From an uncultured Pseudomonadota bacterium (GTDB taxonomy: Bacteria; Vulcanimicrobiota; Vulcanimicrobiia; Eremiobacterales; Eremiobacteraceae): a stretch of DNA of 64,000 bases. This document shows positions 56,565-64,000 of this stretch, in pieces. The notes beneath the pieces are model-generated. The model was not told where the DNA came from. It saw only the letters and a program-made list of their open reading frames with translations, and ran no database searches. The stretch spans positions 192,001 through 256,000 of the forward strand of contig CAVTNB010000003.1 of the NCBI GenBank assembly GCA_963736005.1. Direction: 5' to 3'. Made by a program: the position numbers and the translations under genes. Each line of letters begins with the position of its first letter. Position 1 is the stretch's first letter.

Positions 56565-57461
56565 ATGGCTCGAACACCTGCCCGTCCCGATCCTATCAGG
56601 CTTAAGAAACTGCAGCGCAGTGTTCTCGAGTTCTACGCAACGCGACGGCGCGACCTTCCCTGGCGCCACACACGCGATCCGTACCGAATCCTCGTGTCGG
56701 AAATCATGCTGCAACAGACGCAGGTCGATCGCGTCATACCGAAATATCGCAAGTTTCTTGCGATATTTCCGACCATGCGTTCCTTGGCGAAGGCGCGGTT
56801 CGGACGAGTGCTTCGCATCTGGCTCGGTCTTGGTTACAACAGCCGCGCACTGCGGTTATGGAAATGCGCTCGTGCCGTTGTTCGTGATGGCGGCGGGCGT
56901 CTTCCCCGCGACCAGCACGAACTGCAACAACTACCGGGCCTAGGCCCCTACACCGCATCCGCGCTTTTGAGTTTTGCATTTGGCGCTCAAGTGCCGGTCG
57001 TGGACACGAACGTCCGTCGTGTTCTCGTACGGACGCTCACCGGCCGCGATCACGCAGCGCCGGCGCGAGTCGCCGCGCTTGCCCGCGCAGCGCTTCCTCG
57101 GGGTCAAAGCTCGCAATGGGCGCAGGCGCTGATGGATGTGGGCGCGCTCTTTTGCAAATCCACTCCGAAGTGCACGCTGTGCCCCGCACGTTTGGGCTGC
57201 GCCTACGCGAAGCGGGTTTCGATCAAACGCGCTTCGCCGCATTCGCGCACGCCTTTCGTCGGATCGAATCGCTTTTATCGCGGGCGCATCATGCGCGAGC
57301 TGTGCACCCGCCGGAGCGCCGACCTTGCCGCGATCGGACGGCAGGTGAAGGAAAATTTTGAGGCAAGAGACGCCGCGTGGCTCGACGACATTCTCCAGGG
57401 CTTGCAGCGCGACGGTCTCGTCGTGGTCGATCGCTCTCGACAGCGGGTTCGTCTCGCCTAA
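56565..57461 (+). CDS. mutY: A/G-specific adenine glycosylase (short, lacking the Nudix-like C-domain)
   Basis: RDLPWR, VSEIMLQQT, GLGY, LPGLGPYTA, VDTNV, C-x6-C-x2-C-x5-C. Confidence 0.88.
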   Translation: MARTPARPDPIRLKKLQRSVLEFYATRRRDLPWRHTRDPYRILVSEIMLQQTQVDRVIPKYRKFLAIFPTMRSLAKARFGRVLRIWLGLGYNSRALRLWKCARAVVRDGGGRLPRDQHELQQLPGLGPYTASALLSFAFGAQVPVVDTNVRRVLVRTLTGRDHAAPARVAALARAALPRGQSSQWAQALMDVGALFCKSTPKCTLCPARLGCAYAKRVSIKRASPHSRTPFVGSNRFYRGRIMRELCTRRSADLAAIGRQVKENFEARDAAWLDDILQGLQRDGLVVVDRSRQRVRLA

Positions 57462-58129
57462 CTCCTGCTCGGCGCAGAGCCGAGATCCTTGCGCGACTTG
57501 CTCGGACGTACCCGCACGCCACGACCGCCCTGCATCACGTCAATACTTTCCAGCTGCTCATCGCAGTGATCTTGTCAGCGCAATGCACCGATGCGCGCGT
57601 CAACATGGTGACGCCCGCGCTTTTCAAAGCGTTTGCGACGCCGCAAGCCATGGCGAAGGCGCCGCTGCGAACGCTCGAACGGTATATTCGAAGTTGCGGA
57701 TTCTTCCGCGTCAAAGCAAAAAACATCAGAGGCGCTGCCCGCACGCTTGTCGAGCGCTTTCATGGGCGCGTGCCTCACACGATGGAGGAGCTGCTCGCAC
57801 TTCCCGGCGTCGGCCGCAAAACCGCAAATGTGATTCTGGCAACCGCCTATCACCAAGGCGCCATTGCCGTTGACACCCACGTTTTTCGCGTTGCGAACCG
57901 ACTCGGGCTCGTGCACGCGACCACACCGGCAAAAACGGAAACGCAGCTCTTGAAAGTCGTTCCAAAGACAGATTGGCCTCATGTCTCCCACTGGCTCATT
58001 TTCCATGGCCGGCAAATCTGTCACGCGCGCAATCCTGAGTGTGCGCGCTGCCCGGTGGTCGACCTGTGCCCCAGCGCCAAGCGATTCTTGAAACAAGAAG
58101 AGCGCGTCAGCGAAAAAACGATGGGTTGA
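57377..58129 (+). CDS. nth: Endonuclease III (start uncertain)
   Basis: LSAQCTD, LPGVGRKTANV, VDTHV, HGR.IC.AR.P.C..C.....C. Confidence 0.93.
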   Translation: MARRHSPGLAARRSRRGRSLSTAGSSRLTPARRRAEILARLARTYPHATTALHHVNTFQLLIAVILSAQCTDARVNMVTPALFKAFATPQAMAKAPLRTLERYIRSCGFFRVKAKNIRGAARTLVERFHGRVPHTMEELLALPGVGRKTANVILATAYHQGAIAVDTHVFRVANRLGLVHATTPAKTETQLLKVVPKTDWPHVSHWLIFHGRQICHARNPECARCPVVDLCPSAKRFLKQEERVSEKTMG

Positions 58130-59339
58130 CGATGGCTTTGAGCACGATCGAACGCAGAGCGCGCCGGCGGTCAAGCGTTCCTAAACCGTACCCGATTGCT
58201 CGACTCGCGTAGTACGAACTCTCCCGCGCGCGCCGCACGATGAGATTCATGAGAGTCGCGCTCTTTGCGAGGTTTTTGAGCAGCCGGCCCGAGGAGAGAT
58301 ACCCTCCGGCTTCTGCTATCCATTCACGTTGGTGCCTCGCCAGAACGTGACGCGAAGCATCGTTTGTCGCGAGCGCAGCCAGTGCCGCTCGCGCAGCCGA
58401 TCTGCCCGATACCAATGCCGTCCAAATGCCCTCGCCCGTCAGCGGGTCGACGAGCGAAGCGGCATCGCCGCACAGCAAGGCGCCGTCGAAGACCGTCCGA
58501 CGATGCGCGCTTGAAACCGGGAGCGGCCAGCCGATCGCGCGGCCGATCGGCTTTGCGTTGTCGAAGCGGCCGCGCAGGTTAGGCTCGGTGGCGATGAAGT
58601 CGTCCAGGATGTTGCGCAGCTTGCGCGCCGATCGATCGAGCTCGCCCGAATAGATTCCAATCCCAACGTTGGCCGTTGTCGGCCCTGTTGGGAAGACCCA
58701 GCCGTAGCCGGGCAAGAGCTGCTTGTCGAAATAATAGATTTCAAGATCTTGATTCAGTCCCGTGACTCCGGAATAGTAGCCGCGCAGTGCGTACCCGAGG
58801 TCGCGGGGAGATGCTGCGCGCACCCCTAGCAATTTGGCAACAGTTGAATGCGCACCGTCGGCGCCGATAACGACTTTCGCTGCGAGCTTTCGCACGCCGC
58901 CACCATCATCATACTCCACGCCGGTGGTCGCCCCGTTGCTGCGCATCAAGGTCGTCACGTTCGCGCTCTGTACAAGCGTAGCGCCCGCCCGAACTGCAGA
59001 GTTTGCTACGCATTCGTCGAGCACCATCCGAGGCACGACCCAGCACTCCACAGGCCGACCATCTTTCGCCGGCGGAGCGGCCGCAAAAGTGTTCCCGTCG
59101 GGTCCGCCGATACGTCCCCCCAACGTGCGAACGGCGCGATCGCCGAAGGATGCGAACGTTACGCCCATCTCTTCGAGAATGTCCACCGCATGCGCGGTCA
59201 CGCCATCTCCGCAGCTCTTGTCTCGCGGAAAACGGGCGCGCTCGAGCATGATAACTTCCGCGCCGGCGGATGCAAGCACAGATGCTGCCGCCGCGCCTCC
59301 CGGACCGGCTCCAACGATGACGACGTCAGCGGCCTTCAA
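58107..59339 (-). CDS. Geranylgeranyl reductase family flavoprotein
   Basis: GAGPGG, FPRDKSCGDG, GADGA, GYGWVFP, GDAA..VDPLTGEGI. Confidence 0.88.
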   Translation of the reverse strand: MKAADVVIVGAGPGGAAAASVLASAGAEVIMLERARFPRDKSCGDGVTAHAVDILEEMGVTFASFGDRAVRTLGGRIGGPDGNTFAAAPPAKDGRPVECWVVPRMVLDECVANSAVRAGATLVQSANVTTLMRSNGATTGVEYDDGGGVRKLAAKVVIGADGAHSTVAKLLGVRAASPRDLGYALRGYYSGVTGLNQDLEIYYFDKQLLPGYGWVFPTGPTTANVGIGIYSGELDRSARKLRNILDDFIATEPNLRGRFDNAKPIGRAIGWPLPVSSAHRRTVFDGALLCGDAASLVDPLTGEGIWTALVSGRSAARAALAALATNDASRHVLARHQREWIAEAGGYLSSGRLLKNLAKSATLMNLIVRRARESSYYASRAIGYGLGTLDRRRALRSIVLKAIVNPSFFR

Positions 59340-60483
59340 TGATCGAGCGGACCTCGGCAAAAGCGGCGTCGACTTCATCGACGGTGTTGTAAAAATGCGG
59401 AGCGATGCGGATACCGGCGTTGGGCCGATAGTCAATGAAGACACGTCGCCGTATCAGCTCGTCGCTCGCCTCACGGGCGCTCGGGAAGTCGATGGTCACG
59501 TGACCGCCCCGATGCGACGTTTCCAAAGGTGAGTTGATGTGCACGCCCAGATCGCGAGCGCAGCGTATCGCGCGCTCAGTCAGCTCGACGCTGCGGCGGC
59601 GAACCCGATCGACGCCGATTTCGTTCACGATGTCCAGGCCCGCGACTGCGGCGTGCAAGCTCGTGGGATTCGCCGTGCCGCCTGCATAGCGCCATACGCT
59701 GGCGGCCGGTTCGAAGTGATCCATCGAAAAATCAAAGGGTCGCTGATGGGAAAACCAGCCGACGCTTGTGGGCACAAGGGTATCGTACAGATCCGGCCGC
59801 ACGTAGAGGAACGAGGCGCCGGGGCCGCCGCACAGCCACTTGAGAGAGCCCCCAACGAGCGCGTCGACTTCGAGCGCCTGGACGTCGATCGGAACGGTGC
59901 CAATCGATTGATAAACGTCAAGGAACACCATCGCGCCCATGCGGTGCGCCTTTTCGACGATTGGTTTGACGTCGGTGATGTAGCTTGACCGGAAGATGAC
60001 GTGCGAGATTGGAACGGCGAGCGTCGTTTCATCGATAGCATCGATCATGGCCTGCGTGTCGACGGTAACTCGGTCGCGGCTGGACACCATGTGAATCCGC
60101 GCGCCGCGGCGCTCTTGAGCCTGCCACGCGTAGTGCACGGTAGGAAACTCTAGATCTGAGTAGACGACCTTATTGCGCTTCCCGGAAAAATCCAGGCAGG
60201 ATATAAGAATCCACTCTGCCGTCGAAACGTTGGGCTGCATGATAACTTCGCCTGGCTTCGCGTTGATGAGCGAGGCAACGAGGTCTCCGGCACGATCGAC
60301 AAGCGGCAGCCACTTCTCCCAAGCGACCACGCCCAGTTCGGCCCAATCGTTGGCGTACTGCGCGAGACCGTCGCGTGCCCGCGCGGGCATGGCGCCAAGC
60401 GAATTGCTGATTAAGTAGTTGCAGGTGGACAAGATAGGGAACTCGCTGCGCCACTGAAGCAGCGAATCGGTCTGGGTCAGCAT
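59326..60483 (-). CDS. Kynureninase-like class V PLP enzyme
   Basis: NSLG, EFPT, DVYQSIG, GGSLKWLCGGPG, GWFSH. Confidence 0.8.
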   Translation of the reverse strand: MLTQTDSLLQWRSEFPILSTCNYLISNSLGAMPARARDGLAQYANDWAELGVVAWEKWLPLVDRAGDLVASLINAKPGEVIMQPNVSTAEWILISCLDFSGKRNKVVYSDLEFPTVHYAWQAQERRGARIHMVSSRDRVTVDTQAMIDAIDETTLAVPISHVIFRSSYITDVKPIVEKAHRMGAMVFLDVYQSIGTVPIDVQALEVDALVGGSLKWLCGGPGASFLYVRPDLYDTLVPTSVGWFSHQRPFDFSMDHFEPAASVWRYAGGTANPTSLHAAVAGLDIVNEIGVDRVRRRSVELTERAIRCARDLGVHINSPLETSHRGGHVTIDFPSAREASDELIRRRVFIDYRPNAGIRIAPHFYNTVDEVDAAFAEVRSIIEGR

Positions 60484-60534
60484 GAACTCGACTTCGGCTC
60501 CGCGTTAGCGCTTCCCCCGCCAGCTTACCCGGAC

Positions 60535-60560
60535 TGTCGTGTCGCGAATTTATTCGCGAC
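60535..60560. repeat. REP-like family C copy
   Basis: TGTCGTGTCGCGAATTTATTCGCGAC. Confidence 0.75.
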
Positions 60561-60581
60561 TTTTCATGGTCGCCGCGACGA

Positions 60582-63500
60582 CTATCCAGCGAAGCGCGGC
60601 AGCGTGTCGAGACGCGGATAGACCGTGTTTCTGCCGGCTTGTTTCGCGCGATACAGCGCCGCATCGGCCGCCTTGAGAAGCATTTGCATCTGGGTTCCCG
60701 CTTCTGGATATGCTGCGACACCCAGACTCGCCGTGATCGTGAGTTCGTCGTCTTTGGCTGGCCAATCAGCCTCCGCGATTTTTGCGGCCATGCGCTCGGC
60801 CAGCATCACTGCGTCACTGAGTTGCGTTTCGGGAAGCAAGACAATAAATTCGTCGCCGCCGTAGCGCGCGACGATGTCCGAGATGCGGACCGATGAAAGC
60901 AGCACGCTGCCAAAATGGCGGAGCACGAGGTCCCCAAACTCTCGACCGAAACGTTCGTTGACATTTTGCAAGCTGTCGACGTCCACCATCACGATCGACA
61001 GAGGCCGCTTGCGGCGACGCGCTTCCGATAAGCGCTTGCGAAGAACGTCTTGAGTAAAACGATAGTTGTACAAGCCGGTCAACGGATCGGTAATAGCCAT
61101 GCGCGAACTCTCTTCAAGCATGCGCGCATGGCGGAGCGCCACGGCAAGTTCGTCTCCAACTGCGTGGAAGATGCTTTGATCGTCCGCCGAGAAACGGCGC
61201 CCGTCAAACCCAAAGACTTGCACGGCTCCGATGATTTGGTCACCGAGCGTTAGCGGTTTGGTCAAAACCAACGAGAGGTCAGCAATGGAATGGTTCGCAA
61301 AGTGTGCGTGCTCGAGGTGCACGTCTGCGCCGTCCCCGGTCAACATTGTCTGCCGGTAGGCGACAGCCGCGGCAAGCGGCCCTTCCTCGCCGGATCCGTT
61401 GGGGCGCACGCTCACCGCGTCTGTGCCCTCCGGTAGGAACCCCCGTTGCGCGACGTTCTGCAAGACGCCCTCAGTCGGGTCGTACACGTACAATCGCCCG
61501 ACGTCCACGTTGAGCACTTCGAGCAGCTTTTCCAATCCTTTGCTGGCAATAGCGCCGAAGCCGACCTCGCGGCTGAGCGACCGAATAACGTCGCGCATCA
61601 CCACGAGATTGCGGTTTTGCCGTTGGAGTTGCTCCGCTTGCTTCTTCTGTTCGGAAATATCTTTGCTAAATGCTACCAGCCCGACGATCTTTCCGTGCTG
61701 ATCTCGCGCTGGCGATGCGGAGAGCAGCACTTCCATATTGCCCCCTTCGCGATTGCGGCATTCGACCTCAAAGACATGCACGTGCTCGCCGCGGCTCACG
61801 CGTGAGAGCAGCTCCCGAATGTCCTCGCGGCGGTCCGGTGGAATGATCGGCAGTTCGAAGAAGAGTTTGCCCAGCGCCTCGTTTCGCGTCATGCGGAAGA
61901 TGCGCTCGGCACCTTTGTTCCACGAAACAACGGTACCATGCAGGTCGAATTGAACGATTGCATCGTTCGATTCTTCCAAAATGCGGTCGAGGAAATTGCG
62001 AGCGGATTTTGCCTGGTCGTACTTCCGGGCTGCTTCGATAGCCTCGCCTCCTTGGATCCCAAGCTGCCGAACGATCTCTTCTTCTGATTCGAGCGACGGA
62101 GCGCGCTCGGAAAAAAAGAGTGCAACGGCGCCAAGCGGTTTGCCAGAGGCCAAGAGCGGGAAGGCACTGACGGCATTGAATCCGTGCTCGCGAGCAAGTT
62201 GTTCCCAACCAAGGCGGATCCAGGCGCTGTCATTTGTCACGTTACTGCGCACCGCATATCGTCCCTCGCGGACCGCCTGCACGGGCGGATACGCTGCGTA
62301 CGCTGGATCAGCTGCGCTCACGCTCAACTTCGCTGAAAGTTCCGCAGGTGCGTTCCACCCGCCAGCCACGCTCAGCGAGCTGCCGGTCCCCGTATAGGCG
62401 ATGGCGAACGCTGCACCCATCGCCTCGACCGCAGCGCGCGCGATGCTGCGCACCACTTCTGCCTCCTCCAGCGATCGAGAAATGCCAGATGCCGCAGAAA
62501 CCGCGAGTGCGCGATCTCGCGCAAGCAAACGCAAGGCATCCGCAGCGAGCGCATTACGCAACGCGTTCTGCGCGTGAGGAAGAAACGCAAGTGAAGCGGC
62601 GATGCCACCCTCGGAGAACGCGTCGACCTCGCGCGCATACAATTCGAGTATGATGGTGGCTCGCGGCTCAACGAGAAGCGGCAACGCCAACACAGATCGA
62701 ATATCGTGCGTTTGTGCAACGTGCACCCAGGGAGCGAAGGTCCGATCTGCAAGCGCGTCTTTGACGTGCGACATTTCCCCACTGCGGGCGGCTCGACCCA
62801 AGGGTCCTTGGCCGACAGGCATGTTGGCATCTGCGTTTGCCACAAACGTCTTCGCGAAACCCGCGGCAGACTCGTCGCCGAAGATGGAGCGCGCAACAAA
62901 GCGGTTTCCTTCGAGTCGCCACACGATTGCGACGGCCGCGGAGGTAATCAACAAGAAGTAGTCGGCTGTTTTCGCAATGACGGCCCGCTCGCTGAGATCC
63001 GCGTTGAGATCCGCGACGCGAGCGAACAGCTTGCCTTCTTGTTCTTGTCGAGCGGAAATCTCGGCCTGCTGTTTGCGCTCTTCTAAATCCGACGCGATGA
63101 TCGACGCAACATGCAAGACTGCATCCATGTGCCGTGCAGTAAACGCCGTTTCGCGTAACGCGTACATGACGAACGCGCCCAGCGTGCCTTGGGAAGCCAC
63201 CAGTGGAACCGCGGCGGTGGCTGAAAAGGACTCGTGTTCTGGATGAGCTGCGAGGAGCTCCGAACGAAGCTCGTCGCTGCCATCTCGCTGCACGACCCAC
63301 GTGGCGCCCATGATGGCAGCCAACAACAGCTGATCCGACGAGAGAGGAATTCTCCGCGCGTCGACAACCTCGGCAAAGCCCTCGTCGCCCTCGGACCATC
63401 CTGCCACGGACAAAGTCCCATCGACTGGGGAAATGGCAACCGCCAAGCAGCCCACATCGAGAATGCTTGCAATGCCGCGCGTCGCTTCCCGCAAAACGTC

Positions 63501-63602
63501 GCGCTCCGCGCGCGCGTTGACGCATTCGGCCGCAAGCTTGAGCAGGCGTGCCTCGACCTCAGAGCGATCGTCACCCGGCCCATTGCCGGGAATCACACGC
63601 AT
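60582..63602 (-). CDS. Multi-GAF/PAS diguanylate cyclase
   Basis: Several GAF segments; PAS (SWNKGAERIF); DPLTGLYN, RISD I-site, RYGGDEF. Confidence 0.9.
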   Translation of the reverse strand: MRVIPGNGPGDDRSEVEARLLKLAAECVNARAERDVLREATRGIASILDVGCLAVAISPVDGTLSVAGWSEGDEGFAEVVDARRIPLSSDQLLLAAIMGATWVVQRDGSDELRSELLAAHPEHESFSATAAVPLVASQGTLGAFVMYALRETAFTARHMDAVLHVASIIASDLEERKQQAEISARQEQEGKLFARVADLNADLSERAVIAKTADYFLLITSAAVAIVWRLEGNRFVARSIFGDESAAGFAKTFVANADANMPVGQGPLGRAARSGEMSHVKDALADRTFAPWVHVAQTHDIRSVLALPLLVEPRATIILELYAREVDAFSEGGIAASLAFLPHAQNALRNALAADALRLLARDRALAVSAASGISRSLEEAEVVRSIARAAVEAMGAAFAIAYTGTGSSLSVAGGWNAPAELSAKLSVSAADPAYAAYPPVQAVREGRYAVRSNVTNDSAWIRLGWEQLAREHGFNAVSAFPLLASGKPLGAVALFFSERAPSLESEEEIVRQLGIQGGEAIEAARKYDQAKSARNFLDRILEESNDAIVQFDLHGTVVSWNKGAERIFRMTRNEALGKLFFELPIIPPDRREDIRELLSRVSRGEHVHVFEVECRNREGGNMEVLLSASPARDQHGKIVGLVAFSKDISEQKKQAEQLQRQNRNLVVMRDVIRSLSREVGFGAIASKGLEKLLEVLNVDVGRLYVYDPTEGVLQNVAQRGFLPEGTDAVSVRPNGSGEEGPLAAAVAYRQTMLTGDGADVHLEHAHFANHSIADLSLVLTKPLTLGDQIIGAVQVFGFDGRRFSADDQSIFHAVGDELAVALRHARMLEESSRMAITDPLTGLYNYRFTQDVLRKRLSEARRRKRPLSIVMVDVDSLQNVNERFGREFGDLVLRHFGSVLLSSVRISDIVARYGGDEFIVLLPETQLSDAVMLAERMAAKIAEADWPAKDDELTITASLGVAAYPEAGTQMQMLLKAADAALYRAKQAGRNTVYPRLDTLPRFAG

Positions 63603-63670
63603 ACCGTCAGTCCTCTACGCCACAGCGCGGGTCGAGGTGTCGCGAGATGTGAGCAAGAACCCCGGCATCC

Positions 63671-64000
63671 ATGGAAAGCCACGCCGCGATCGCGTCCTTG
63701 CGCGAGCTTGTCGCTGAATGCGACAAGCGCACGTGTGAGCTTCCATTAGACAAAGCCTGTCTGCTCATTTCTGCGGTTTACGATTCTTCCGTCGACGTCG
63801 ACAAATATCTGGTGCAGCTGGATACTTTCGCCGGCCGAGCCGCCGCCACCGCTGGCGGAGCTGGTTCATATGCAATGATCGCCGCGGTCTTGCGAACTCT
63901 TTTCGCAATTGGCAAATTTCGCGGCAACGAGCGCGCATACAACGAGCCGGCCAATAGCTTGTTGTCATCGGTCATTGACCGGCGCGTTGGCATCCCGATA
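63671..64000 (+). CDS. SirB1/transglutaminase-like family protein, N-terminal part (runs off window)
   Basis: Own translation from ATG 63671: ...KFRGNERAYNEPANSLLSSVIDRRVGIPI, matching the F.GN...Y..P.NS.L..V..RR.GIPI family pattern. Not in the ORF track. Confidence 0.8.
   Translation, partial: MESHAAIASLRELVAECDKRTCELPLDKACLLISAVYDSSVDVDKYLVQLDTFAGRAAATAGGAGSYAMIAAVLRTLFAIGKFRGNERAYNEPANSLLSSVIDRRVGIPI

Noticed and set aside
63765..63993. Minus-strand ORFs at the window end
   Set aside because: Shadows of the + strand SirB1-like gene starting at 63671.

Overview
GC-rich bacterial chromosomal region, gene-dense, with about 60 CDS. I found no rRNA, tRNA, CRISPR array, transposase or prophage. 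The gene families suggest a diderm Terrabacteria lineage such as Eremiobacterota, but this is inference only. Content: thyX; three tandem secreted proteins with a copper-amine-oxidase-N ('stalk') domain plus a predicted beta-barrel; a nitrilase operon; two peptide ABC binding proteins; a glycoside hydrolase; thiGHSE; FNR, fbaB, iscX, fabI, sod and moaDE; a rubrerythrin-VIT1 fusion; glcDEF; two diguanylate cyclases; MFS transporters; a PaaX-linked short BoxB-like epoxidase cluster; msrB; a tandem thymidylate-kinase-like pair; mutY and nth; a kynureninase-like gene; and a partial sirB1-like gene. Most notable observations: (1) a Bcp/PrxQ peroxiredoxin whose peroxidatic Cys codon is an in-frame TGA followed by a SECIS-like hairpin, i.e. 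a probable selenoprotein that the ORF track splits in two; (2) the stalk/linker/barrel triplet, with mosaic gene-conversion tracts and shared upstream motifs, a candidate outer-membrane tether family; (3) three families of GTAG-tagged palindromic REP-like repeats that supply stop codons and also lie inside coding sequences; (4) the atypical box-like aromatic catabolism cluster; (5) the tandem Tmk-like pair.
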